Below, piece after piece: positions 19,570 through 28,600 of a stretch of DNA of 64,000 nt (position 1 is the first letter of the stretch; each line of letters starts with the position of its first letter). The position numbers and the translations under genes were made by a program. Source of the stretch: an uncultured Bacteroidales bacterium (lineage in GTDB: Bacteria; Bacteroidota; Bacteroidia; Bacteroidales; UBA7960); NCBI GenBank assembly GCA_964463915.1, contig CAYXEH010000003.1:38547-102546 (forward strand), read 5' to 3'. The notes under the pieces were generated by a model. It was not told the DNA's origin. It did not search any database and worked only from the letters and a program-made list of their open reading frames with translations.

Positions 19570-20427
19570 TTAACCATTTGTGGCTGCTTGCAAATTTTCA
19601 AGGGTAAAAATATCCCTGGCCCGGACCCCTTTGGGTGTTTCCTTCAGTGTGCAGCATTCGTTGTCATAATCATGCTCAAAAACCAACACATAATCCTCTT
19701 TTACGGCCCTTGAAAGAAATTCCTGTTTTTCTTCCATAGAGCGTACCGGGTCGATATCGAAGCTGGGAACGTAAGCCAGGGGAATGTTTCCCACAGCGGA
19801 AATAAAATCGGCCATAAAGGCCACTTTGCGTCCGTGATAATCAAATACAGGAACAATCTGACCCGCTGTATGACCGCTTTTGATCTCCAGGTCCACCCCC
19901 TCACAAAAGGGCCCCGCTTCATGAATAAACTCCAGCTGGCCTGAATCGTATAAAGGCATTATGTTCTCCTCAAAATAGGAGGCCGCTTCACGTGGATTGG
20001 GATCCATGGCCGCATCCCAATGTTCTTTGGTACAGTAATAGGTGGCATTCGGGAATACCAGCTCCGGGGTTTTTCCGTCTTCTGCCCATTTTACTGCTCC
20101 CCCCACATGGTCAAAGTGTAAATGGGTAAGGATTACATCGGTGACCTGATCCGGGGTGTATCCATATTTTTTCAGGGATTTTTCCAGGCTATCATCCCCA
20201 AAAAGATGATAAAAACTGAAAAATTTCCCGCTCTGCTTATCTCCCATCCCGACATCAACAAGAATAACCCTTTCTCCGGTATCGGCAAGCAGGCAACGAG
20301 AGGTGAGCGGGATCATATTATTCTCATCTGCTTTCACATATCTTTCCCATATGGCTTTAGGGACCACACCAAAGCAGGCACCCCCGTCCATTTTAAAGTT
20401 CTCTGCAATTACAGGATATAGTTTCAT
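19570..20427 (-). CDS. MBL-fold metallo-hydrolase
   Basis: 285 aa. THLHFDHVGG (HxHxDH) and downstream His/Asp ligands. Confidence 0.85.
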   Translation of the reverse strand: MKLYPVIAENFKMDGGACFGVVPKAIWERYVKADENNMIPLTSRCLLADTGERVILVDVGMGDKQSGKFFSFYHLFGDDSLEKSLKKYGYTPDQVTDVILTHLHFDHVGGAVKWAEDGKTPELVFPNATYYCTKEHWDAAMDPNPREAASYFEENIMPLYDSGQLEFIHEAGPFCEGVDLEIKSGHTAGQIVPVFDYHGRKVAFMADFISAVGNIPLAYVPSFDIDPVRSMEEKQEFLSRAVKEDYVLVFEHDYDNECCTLKETPKGVRARDIFTLENLQAATNG

Positions 20428-20556
20428 AACAATGGATTTTTAGCTCACCCGCAAAAGTACAAATTTTGTGTGCGAAGTGCAGACAAATACAGGGAATATC
20501 CGCTGTTCAGGGCAATAAAAAACATTTATCTTTACAGCACAAAACAGCCAAAACCC

Positions 20557-21936
20557 ATGAAGGTTCACTTCATTGCCATCGGGGGCAGTGCCATGCACAA
20601 CCTGGCCATTGCCCTGCACAAAAAAGGAGCCATGGTGAGCGGATCGGATGATGAAATTTTTGATCCGTCCCGCAGCCGTTTATTGCATTATGGTTTGTTG
20701 CCTGAAACAACCGGCTGGGATCCGGACAGGATACATTCCGGCCTGGATGCTGTCATTGTAGGGATGCATGCCAGGGCGGACAACCCTGAGTTGCGTAAAG
20801 CCAGATCAATGGGGCTGGACGTTTTCTCCTACCCGGAGTTCCTTTTCCGGCAGTCTGCTAAAAAGACCCGCGTGGTAATCGGGGGAAGTCATGGAAAAAC
20901 GACCATTACCTCCATGATCCTTCATGTACTCATACATCACCGAATCGATACAGACTACATGGTCGGAGCCCAGCTGGAAGGGTTTGAAGTAATGGTAAAA
21001 CTATCTGATAAGGCCCCGTTTATGATTATGGAGGGGGATGAATATCCCAGCTCACCCATTGACCCCAGGCCCAAGTTTCACCTTTATAAACCATCTGTCG
21101 GGCTGATCAGCGGCATTGCATGGGATCATATTAACGTATTTAAGACATTTGATCAATATCTGGATCAGTTTAAAAAGTTCATCGACTGTATAGAAGATCA
21201 TGGGACGCTGATATACAATGCAACAGATCCTGAAGTAAGAAAGATATGTGAACGCCATACAGGAAAGAGCCTGCAGTTACTGCCCTATCATATGCCCCGT
21301 TATGAGATTAAAAACGGGGTCAGTTATGTCATGCCTCCGGGCCTGGATCCTGTGCCGGTCAGGCTTTTCGGACAGCACAACATGCTCAATATGGAAGCCG
21401 CCAGGCTTGTATGCAATCAACTGGGAGTCTCAGATGAAATGTTCATGCATGCAATAAAACATTTCAGCGGAGCCAGCAGACGCATGGAAACACTGTACGA
21501 TGACAACGGATGCCTGGTAATACGTGATTTTGCCCATGCACCTTCCAAGGTATCAGCTACGGTCAGGGCGGTGAAGGAACAGTTTCCGGAAAAAAAACTC
21601 ATTGCCTGCCTGGAACTGCATACCTACAGCAGCCTCAGCATGGAATTCTTACTTCATTACCGGGGAAGCCTTGATGCAGCCGATCATGCCATCGTATTCT
21701 TCAGCCCGCACGCCCTTTCCCTGAAGCGGCTTCCGCCCCTTACACCAGTTTCGGTAGAAGGAGCATTTAACAAAGAAGGATTGGAGGTAATTACTGACCC
21801 CCTTTTGCTTGAATCAGCCATTTCCGGAATGATTCAGGAGAACTGCTGTTTGCTTATGATGAGTTCCGGCAGTTTCGGAGGGTTGGATATGAATCAAGTG
21901 ATCGGTCACATTCAGTCGCACGCAAACCGGAAATAA
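20557..21936 (+). CDS. mpl: UDP-N-acetylmuramate:L-alanyl-gamma-D-glutamyl-meso-diaminopimelate ligase
   Basis: ATG 20557 (MKVHFIAIGGSAMHNLAIAL) is preferred over the track start at 20470. Mur-ligase P-loop GGSHGKTT. The N-terminus and 459-aa length fit Mpl better than MurC. Confidence 0.8.
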   Translation: MKVHFIAIGGSAMHNLAIALHKKGAMVSGSDDEIFDPSRSRLLHYGLLPETTGWDPDRIHSGLDAVIVGMHARADNPELRKARSMGLDVFSYPEFLFRQSAKKTRVVIGGSHGKTTITSMILHVLIHHRIDTDYMVGAQLEGFEVMVKLSDKAPFMIMEGDEYPSSPIDPRPKFHLYKPSVGLISGIAWDHINVFKTFDQYLDQFKKFIDCIEDHGTLIYNATDPEVRKICERHTGKSLQLLPYHMPRYEIKNGVSYVMPPGLDPVPVRLFGQHNMLNMEAARLVCNQLGVSDEMFMHAIKHFSGASRRMETLYDDNGCLVIRDFAHAPSKVSATVRAVKEQFPEKKLIACLELHTYSSLSMEFLLHYRGSLDAADHAIVFFSPHALSLKRLPPLTPVSVEGAFNKEGLEVITDPLLLESAISGMIQENCCLLMMSSGSFGGLDMNQVIGHIQSHANRK

Positions 21937-21943
21937 TACGTCT

Positions 21944-22645
21944 ATGGAACGACCCGGCATGGAGCATCCCAGCGTGAAACCAGTTATTGAAGATAGCTGG
22001 AAACAAGTATTATCAGATGAATTCTCCGCACCCTACTTCCGGGAACTGAAACAATTCCTGATGGAAGAGAGGGAGAAATTTACCATCTATCCGCCCGGGA
22101 AGCAAATTTTTTCTGCTTTTAACAATACCCCTTTTCATAAGGTGAAAGTGGTAATCCTGGGACAGGATCCCTATCACGGTCCGGGCCAGGCACATGGATT
22201 GTGTTTTTCAGTCAGCAAAGGGATGAAACAACCCCCTTCCCTTAAAAATATTTTCAGGGAGATAAATGATGACCTGGGGACACCTGAACCTAACCATGGT
22301 TATCTGGGCTCATGGGCCAGGCAGGGGGTTTTGCTTTTGAATGCGACCCTCACCGTACGCGCCAGACAGCCAGGATCTCATCAAAACAGGGGCTGGGAAA
22401 GATTTACCGATGCTGCCATTGTGGCCCTTTCTGAGAAGCGCACCGGACTCGTATTTTTATTATGGGGGAGCTATGCCCAGGCCAAGGAAGGCATGATCGA
22501 CCCCACGAAACACCATGTACTTAAGGCGCCTCACCCCTCACCCTTCTCTGCCGCCAGGGGTTTTTTTGGCTGCAGGCATTTCTCAGCCGCAAATAAACTT
22601 CTCAGGGATCAGGGGAAGGAGGAGATCAATTGGGCCATACAATAA
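21944..22645 (+). CDS. ung: Uracil-DNA glycosylase (family 1)
   Basis: 233 aa. GQDPYHGPGQAHGLCFSV water-activating loop and the HPSPFSA (HPSPLS-type) leucine-loop motif. Confidence 0.93.
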   Translation: MERPGMEHPSVKPVIEDSWKQVLSDEFSAPYFRELKQFLMEEREKFTIYPPGKQIFSAFNNTPFHKVKVVILGQDPYHGPGQAHGLCFSVSKGMKQPPSLKNIFREINDDLGTPEPNHGYLGSWARQGVLLLNATLTVRARQPGSHQNRGWERFTDAAIVALSEKRTGLVFLLWGSYAQAKEGMIDPTKHHVLKAPHPSPFSAARGFFGCRHFSAANKLLRDQGKEEINWAIQ

Positions 22646-22709
22646 AAATGGACCATACACCAAAAATAATTGCGAACTTTGCCTGCGTAATCATCAAACA
22701 GAGACTATT

Positions 22710-23444
22710 TTGGATAATTATATTTTTGGCATAAGACCACTGCTAGAGAGCCTTGACAGTGGACAAAAACCCGAAAAGGTTCTGATCCAGCAGGGGCTGA
22801 CGGGAGATACCTTCCATCAGTTATTTGCAAAGATCCGGGAAATGAAGGTCCCTTTTCAGTATGTGCCCTCAGCTCGCCTGAATAAAATATCCAATAAAAA
22901 TCATCAGGGAGTGATCGCCATCATGCCTGTGGTTGAATACCAATCACTTGAAGACATCCTCCCTGGCTTAGTCGAAAGCGGGGAAACACCCCTTTTGGTA
23001 ATGCTTGACGGGGTTACCGACGTTCGGAATATGGGTGCCATTGCACGAACCGCGGAATGTGCCGGGGTACATGCACTGGTAATTCCCGAAAAAGGTGGAG
23101 CACCCGTCAATGCAGATGCCGTGAAAGCTTCTGCAGGTGCATTGGCGAGAATCCCCGTCTGCAAGGAAAATAACCTGCTTCAGGCCATGGCTTTTTTAAA
23201 GGAATGTGGGTTCAGACTGCTGGCCCTGGACGACAAGGGACAAACCAGCCTTTATGACACCAAACTCACAGGTCCTCTGGCTTTGATCATGGGGGCTGAA
23301 GACAAAGGGGTTTCAGCAGCTGTTCGCAAGTTATCAGACCACTGCGTGTCCATCCCTATGAAAGGACACATTGCTTCTTTGAATGTGTCTGTAGCCACCG
23401 GGATCGTGGTATTTGAAGCCCAGCGACAACGTATACGTCAATAA
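22710..23444 (+). CDS. rlmB: SpoU/TrmH-family 23S rRNA (guanosine-2'-O)-methyltransferase
   Basis: The track ORF (22515..) overlaps ung and has no ATG before residue ~113. Homology-like sequence begins at DNYIFGIRPLLESL, so TTG 22710 is the proposed start (244 aa). SpoU motifs LIMGAEDKGVS and IPMKGHIASLNVSVATGIVVFE. Confidence 0.75.
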   Translation: MDNYIFGIRPLLESLDSGQKPEKVLIQQGLTGDTFHQLFAKIREMKVPFQYVPSARLNKISNKNHQGVIAIMPVVEYQSLEDILPGLVESGETPLLVMLDGVTDVRNMGAIARTAECAGVHALVIPEKGGAPVNADAVKASAGALARIPVCKENNLLQAMAFLKECGFRLLALDDKGQTSLYDTKLTGPLALIMGAEDKGVSAAVRKLSDHCVSIPMKGHIASLNVSVATGIVVFEAQRQRIRQ

Positions 23445-23446
23445 AT

Positions 23447-24202
23447 ATGGGTAAGGATAATTCACATACGGGCCTGTTCATCCCCTGTTTTGTGGATCAG
23501 TTGTTTCCGCATACCGGCTTCAGCATGCTGAAGGTGTTGAAGAGAGCGGATCAGCTCAGGCAGAAACATATGCAGTTTCATTACAATCCAGAACAGACCT
23601 GTTGTGGCCAGGCTGCCTTTAACAGTGGGTATTGGGATGAGGCAAAGCATCTGGGGGAAAAGTTTATCAGGGATTTTATGGAATACGATTATGTGGTTGC
23701 CCCTTCTGCTTCATGTACTTCCATGGTGAGAAACTATCACACACAGATGTTCTATAACTCTGCCCTTCATAACGAAAGCAATTACCTGCGACGTAAGATC
23801 TTCGAGTTAACGGATTTTTTGGTGAACGTGATGGAGGTAGAAGACCTGGAGGTCACTTTTGAAGGCAGGGTATGCTTTCATGATGCCTGTGTGGCATTAC
23901 GGGAATACGGTCTCGGAGACCAACCCAGGCAGCTGCTCAGGCAGGTCAGGGGTCTTGAGTTGCTGGAAATGCAAGACCAGGATGTTTGCTGCGGATTCGG
24001 AGGTGCATTCGCCGTGAAGCATGAAGCCATTTCAACTGCCATGGCAGAACAAAAAATCCAGCATGCACTTGATAGCGGTGCAGGATACATAGTATCTACG
24101 GAATCCTCCTGCCTGATGCATCTTGAAGGATATATCAAAAAACACAACATTCCCATTCAAACCATACATATCGCGGATCTGCTTGCCAAAGAGCTATCCT
24201 GA
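23447..24202 (+). CDS. LutA-like (Fe-S)-binding protein with two CCG cysteine-rich domains
   Basis: 251 aa. GLFIPCFVDQLFP, QTCCGQAAFNSGY and DVCCGFGGAF are the duplicated CCG motifs of LutA/GlcF/HdrB-like proteins. No lutB or lutC is adjacent. Confidence 0.75.
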   Translation: MGKDNSHTGLFIPCFVDQLFPHTGFSMLKVLKRADQLRQKHMQFHYNPEQTCCGQAAFNSGYWDEAKHLGEKFIRDFMEYDYVVAPSASCTSMVRNYHTQMFYNSALHNESNYLRRKIFELTDFLVNVMEVEDLEVTFEGRVCFHDACVALREYGLGDQPRQLLRQVRGLELLEMQDQDVCCGFGGAFAVKHEAISTAMAEQKIQHALDSGAGYIVSTESSCLMHLEGYIKKHNIPIQTIHIADLLAKELS

Positions 24203-24217
24203 ATAAAAGCAGGGGTA

Positions 24218-25048
24218 ATGATGCACATAGGAATTGATATTGGCGGAAGCACTACTAAAATCGTAGGTGTACGGGACCAGAAGATTATGGAGCCTCTCAC
24301 GGTTGAGGCGAACGACCCCATTGCCTCAGCTTCCGGGGCTTTGGGGAAATTCCTGGATGTACATCGGTTGCAATTTTCGGATATCCACCACATGATGGTT
24401 ACCGGCGTGGGGGCCTCTTTCCTTGACCAGGCACTGCTGGGAATCCCAATTACCAAAGTAGATGAGTTCAAAGCCCTGGGATACGGGGGGCTGTTTCTTA
24501 CCGGACTGAAAAAAGCCATAATCGTCAGTATGGGCACAGGAACAGCATTCGTAAAAGCACACGGTCGCTGCATCCGCCATTTGGGGGGAACAGGTGTGGG
24601 AGGCGGCACCATTACAGGCTTATCTGGTGTGATGGCCGGTCTTACAAGCATCAAAAGCATTACCGAGGCTGCAAATAAAGGACGACTGGAGGAAATTGAC
24701 CTGAGCGTCGGAGACATTGCCCATACCGACATCGGTAATCTACCTGTCAGCATTACCGCTTCCAATTTTGGCAAAATGACCGACCAGGCAAATAAGAACG
24801 ATATGGTCAAAGGGGTGCTGAATATGACATTTCAGGTTGTCGGAATGATGGCTATTTTTGCTGCAAGAAATGAGAAAGACCGCGATATTGTGTTGTCGGG
24901 AAAGCTGGTGAATATTCCTATGGCCCGCTTGATTTTCAGGGAGTTGTCAGAGCTTTACGGTATGAAGTTTCATTTACCGGATTATGCTGACTGCTGCACG
25001 GCAATAGGAGCAGCAATTTCAGTTGACCTGGATTATTTTCTGGAGTGA
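24218..25048 (+). CDS. coaW: Type II pantothenate kinase (CoaW-like ASKHA ATPase)
   Basis: 276 aa. The motif series HIGIDIGGSTTKIV, VDEFKALGYG, SMGTGTAF, LGGTGVGGGTITGL, IDLSVGDIA, ITASNFGK and CTAIGAAI is collinear with my recollection of staphylococcal CoaW. Confidence 0.7.
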   Translation: MMHIGIDIGGSTTKIVGVRDQKIMEPLTVEANDPIASASGALGKFLDVHRLQFSDIHHMMVTGVGASFLDQALLGIPITKVDEFKALGYGGLFLTGLKKAIIVSMGTGTAFVKAHGRCIRHLGGTGVGGGTITGLSGVMAGLTSIKSITEAANKGRLEEIDLSVGDIAHTDIGNLPVSITASNFGKMTDQANKNDMVKGVLNMTFQVVGMMAIFAARNEKDRDIVLSGKLVNIPMARLIFRELSELYGMKFHLPDYADCCTAIGAAISVDLDYFLE

Positions 25049-25221
25049 GGCTGAATCTTCCCCGCTGCCTGTCCCAGGGACTTAATTACAGTCATCAAAC
25101 GTGGCAGTCATCCTTATATCTCAGGATTGTAAAACAATATTGATCAGTGGACAGAAGACCATCCCGGGAAGCCAAATTAAATTATTTATATACTTTTTTT
25201 AAACAATCCAATTATTTATTG

Positions 25222-25229
25222 TATCTTTG
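25222..25229 (+). promoter_or_regulatory. Candidate -7 box TATCTTTG for the cold-shock gene (implies a ~125-nt leader)
   Basis: Matches TAnnTTTG inside the AT-rich 311-nt spacer at 25049..25359. Confidence 0.4.
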
Positions 25230-25359
25230 TATCGCTTTAATTAACAATCTGAATTGGCTTACGCAATTATTGAGTACTGAATGACCTTCCTAAAGAACAT
25301 TTTCATTTCAATCTTCGCGAATTTCAATTCAATTTTTCAATCATTATTACATTATTATT

Positions 25360-25551
25360 ATGAAAAACGGAACAGTTAAGTTCTTCAATGAACTAAAAGG
25401 ATTTGGTTTCATCAAAGATCATGAAACAGATGAGGAATTCTTCGTACACGCAACAGGTCTTATTGACCAGGTTCGCGAAGGTGATGAAGTTACTTTCGAT
25501 CTGAAGGAAGGAAGAAAAGGAATGAACGCAACAGACGTAAAACTCTCATAA
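25360..25551 (+). CDS. Cold-shock domain protein (CspA family)
   Basis: 63 aa. RNP1 KGFGFI and RNP2 FFVHAT motifs. Confidence 0.93.
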   Translation: MKNGTVKFFNELKGFGFIKDHETDEEFFVHATGLIDQVREGDEVTFDLKEGRKGMNATDVKLS

Positions 25552-25572
25552 ATCATCCTTGAAACAGAAAAA

Positions 25573-25605
25573 CCCCTCCATGCATGCCATGTGAGGGGTT
25601 TTTTT
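25573..25605. terminator. Bidirectional rho-independent terminator shared by csp (+) and the 1,377-aa gene (-)
   Basis: CCCCTCCATG-CATGC-CATGTGAGGGG hairpin (10 bp with one bulge), flanked by AGAAAAA upstream and TTTTTTT downstream. The minus-strand gene's stop codon abuts it. Confidence 0.85.
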
Positions 25606-28600
25606 ATGTCTTCACTTTTCCGCTACCCCCTATGTAAGCCTGCAGAATTTCTGAAAAATCCGTTTCCCCGTCATAAAACACTGTCATTACAGGAGTGCCA
25701 TAGAAGTTTGAGACTTGTTTCAGTACCGAGGCACTGATACTTCCGGGCATACACCCAAACGGTGCTACATTGACCACCAGCTGCGCCCCCTGCCGGATAA
25801 AGGCAATGGCCCGTCCTACGGTCAGAATGGATTCCCCTTCAATGTTGTCCGGGAGATAAACTGCCCCGGATTTCTTGACTTTAGCTACCGGGGGTTCCCG
25901 CCTGTCCGTCAATAATTCACCAAAAATATCCAGGTAGCGTTTCTCCATATAAGAGATAAATGCATTGGCCGCCTTGTTTTGTACACGGCCCAAAAACCCG
26001 CCGTTATTCCCGAAACCCGAGGTATAATGCAGCCATTCCATAATCGGAGCCACCCAGGCCTCACCCCCCGCTTCTTCAATACGCCTGACAAGGGATGCAT
26101 TGGCAAAGGGAGAATTCCTGACATAAATCTCCCCCACCACACCCACAAGAGGTTTATGCATACTTTTTGTATTATATGCGGGCAATTCTTCATTAAGCTG
26201 CTTTAAAAGACAGGTTACATCCCCTCTGTTTTCAAATGCCAGTTCAAGCTGATCTGTGTATTGGCCGATCAGTGCATCGGTACTTCCCCTTTCTTTTTCG
26301 TACGGCCTGAGACGGCATCCCAGCTTGGTCAGTACATCTGAGACCATCAGCGAACGGAATAAATGCATTCGCACAGGACCTTTGATATCGCTGTAATGGT
26401 CATCGGAATTGGGTGAAATAATGGTCGCTTCAAACTGCTGATCTTTTAAAATTCTATCGTGCAGCCTCACATACTGCCCGAACCTGCAAGGGCCATCAGT
26501 ACAGGGCATAAACAGGGCAGCATCCCCGTTGATCTTTCCGGTTTTCTTGTCTTGTTTGATCTGATGAAGGAATGACCCGATGGTGCTTGCGGCGGGCATG
26601 CATTCCGAACCTCTGACACAGGCATTTCCCAATGAAAAAGTGGTCGCATCTTCCCTGCGCAGCGGAACTGATTTAATCCCGTAGGCCCTGAGACCGGCAC
26701 TCATCAACCTTGTCGCAATGGGATGCATGGGTGGGATATATACCGTATAACCGGACAATGACCGGACAATGCGACTTGAGGATCGCTCCGGCTCACGGTT
26801 GACCTCATCCTGCCGTTTTGCAGAGCAATGGGCATTCGCCCGGTCAAAAAATGCCTCCAGCCTGGTAATGTAGCCGCCATCTCCGCCATGCTCATCCAGT
26901 TCCAGTATCAGGGAAGGTTTGCCCTGCATTTTTTCTTCAAATACCCCGAGAAGAAAAGAGTCCGGACCACAATTAAAATTGGTCAAAAAAATGGGATAAA
27001 GTCCCTGTTGTTTCCTGACATATTCTGCGGCAACCACAATCCGCTGTCCATAAGACCAATACATATCTTCGTATCCTTCGGGCAGGTCGGCACGTTCTAC
27101 CGGAAGCAAATCCATGGGGATCACCTCATAGCCATAACGGGCAATGGCCCGTAACAGGCCCATGTTCAGCTGTTCGTCAAGCAGGTTATAGGAACGGCCC
27201 ATGACGACAAAACGCGGTTTCCTGGATCCGTTTTGGGCTCCTGAAAGTAACCTGGCTTCTCTTTTTAATTTTTCCCTGTAAATCGCAAATGCTTCCATGG
27301 CAGAGTCCCAGGCTTGCTGCACCTTCCTTTGGCTGACAGGATAATGGATTTTCAGGCAATTGTATAGCTGCCTGCTGTTGTAATTACGGTCTCTTGAAAA
27401 GTCCACCACAGGCATAATCAGTCCTGAAGTGTCTTTTTCCCGGATACCAAGGGTACTTGCCATTACCGCAGGAAAAGCCTGGGAAAGGGGACAAAAGAAT
27501 GAATTGGCTGTACGCGGATTGGGAATATCCTGAATATGATAGGGCAAAAATACTGCTTCCCGGTTACCCTCCATGCAGGCCGAGGCTTCTGCAACAGCCT
27601 TTTTCATTGGATAACAGCAATCTGTAATGGTGTGTGAATCTGCATGCTGACCGGTTGCTCCGGATGGCATTTCTGCAGGGCGGAGGGCAATGCCAAGTGT
27701 CTGAAAAAAATGTTGCCAAAAAGGGTTATACGTATAAAAGTGCAGTGCCCGGGGGTAGCGCAGTACAGCCATGGGTTTATGTACAGGCAGCTCCTTCTGA
27801 ACCATTTCATCGAGTAATCGGAGTGCATTCAGCTGGCCTGTCTGGCCTCCGGGTTTATCTGAAGTTTCCCTTCCGCACTGGTAACCCCATGAAGCCATTT
27901 TTTCTCCGTTTCCTGCTACCATACTGGTTATCCGGCAATGGTTCCTGCATAATGCACAAACTTCCTCATGCATACTGACTGATAAATCCTTGATATGCAT
28001 TCCATGAAAGGTGGTGGGGTCAGGTGAAGCTTCCCTGACCATTTCGGCCATGCCGATGGCTCCCATTAAATGGCTGAATGAAGAGGTCAGTATTTTCTTG
28101 TGCAGGACATTTTCAAATGCTTCCACCAACCCTTTGTTCTTGGCTGTGGCTCCGAGGAACAATACCGGCTCTTCCACCGGCCGGTGCTGGACAACACGGT
28201 GCAGATAGTTTTTACAGACCGCATACAGTACGGAAGCCATTACCTGGCCTTTGCGCAGGCCTTTTGTCAGCAACTGGTTGGCATCCTGCTCCATAAATAC
28301 CGTACAACGGTGACTGGCAACGGGAGGAGATTCATGCCTGCATCTGGCAGGAATGTCGTCAAGGGGAATCCCCAGGTTATTGGCTTGTTCTTCAAGAAAA
28401 GATCCTGTACCGGCCGCACATACGTAATTCATGTTGGCATCTTTCATCCAACCGTTTTCCACCCGGATATATTTGGCATCCTGTCCGCCTATCTCAAAAA
28501 TGGTTTTTACATCCGGGAACTCTTTAATCGCTCCTTTCAGATGGGCTGTAATCTCATTTTTCACCAGGTCAGCACCGGCAAAATGTCCGATAAGTTTTCT

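Noticed and set aside
20470-20556. N-terminal extensions of track ORFs (mpl 20470, SLC13 51987, DUF4199 11850, rhodanese 30310, lipoprotein 46051, SDR 18701, ALDH 50626)
   Set aside because: The extensions overlap upstream genes or promoters, or start at non-ATG codons. Internal ATGs give N-termini that match family expectations, so the shorter models were used.
24157-24810. 217-aa minus-strand ORF opposite coaW
   Set aside because: The plus-strand frame carries the full PanK-II motif series. The minus frame is Pro/Ser/Met-rich with no motifs.
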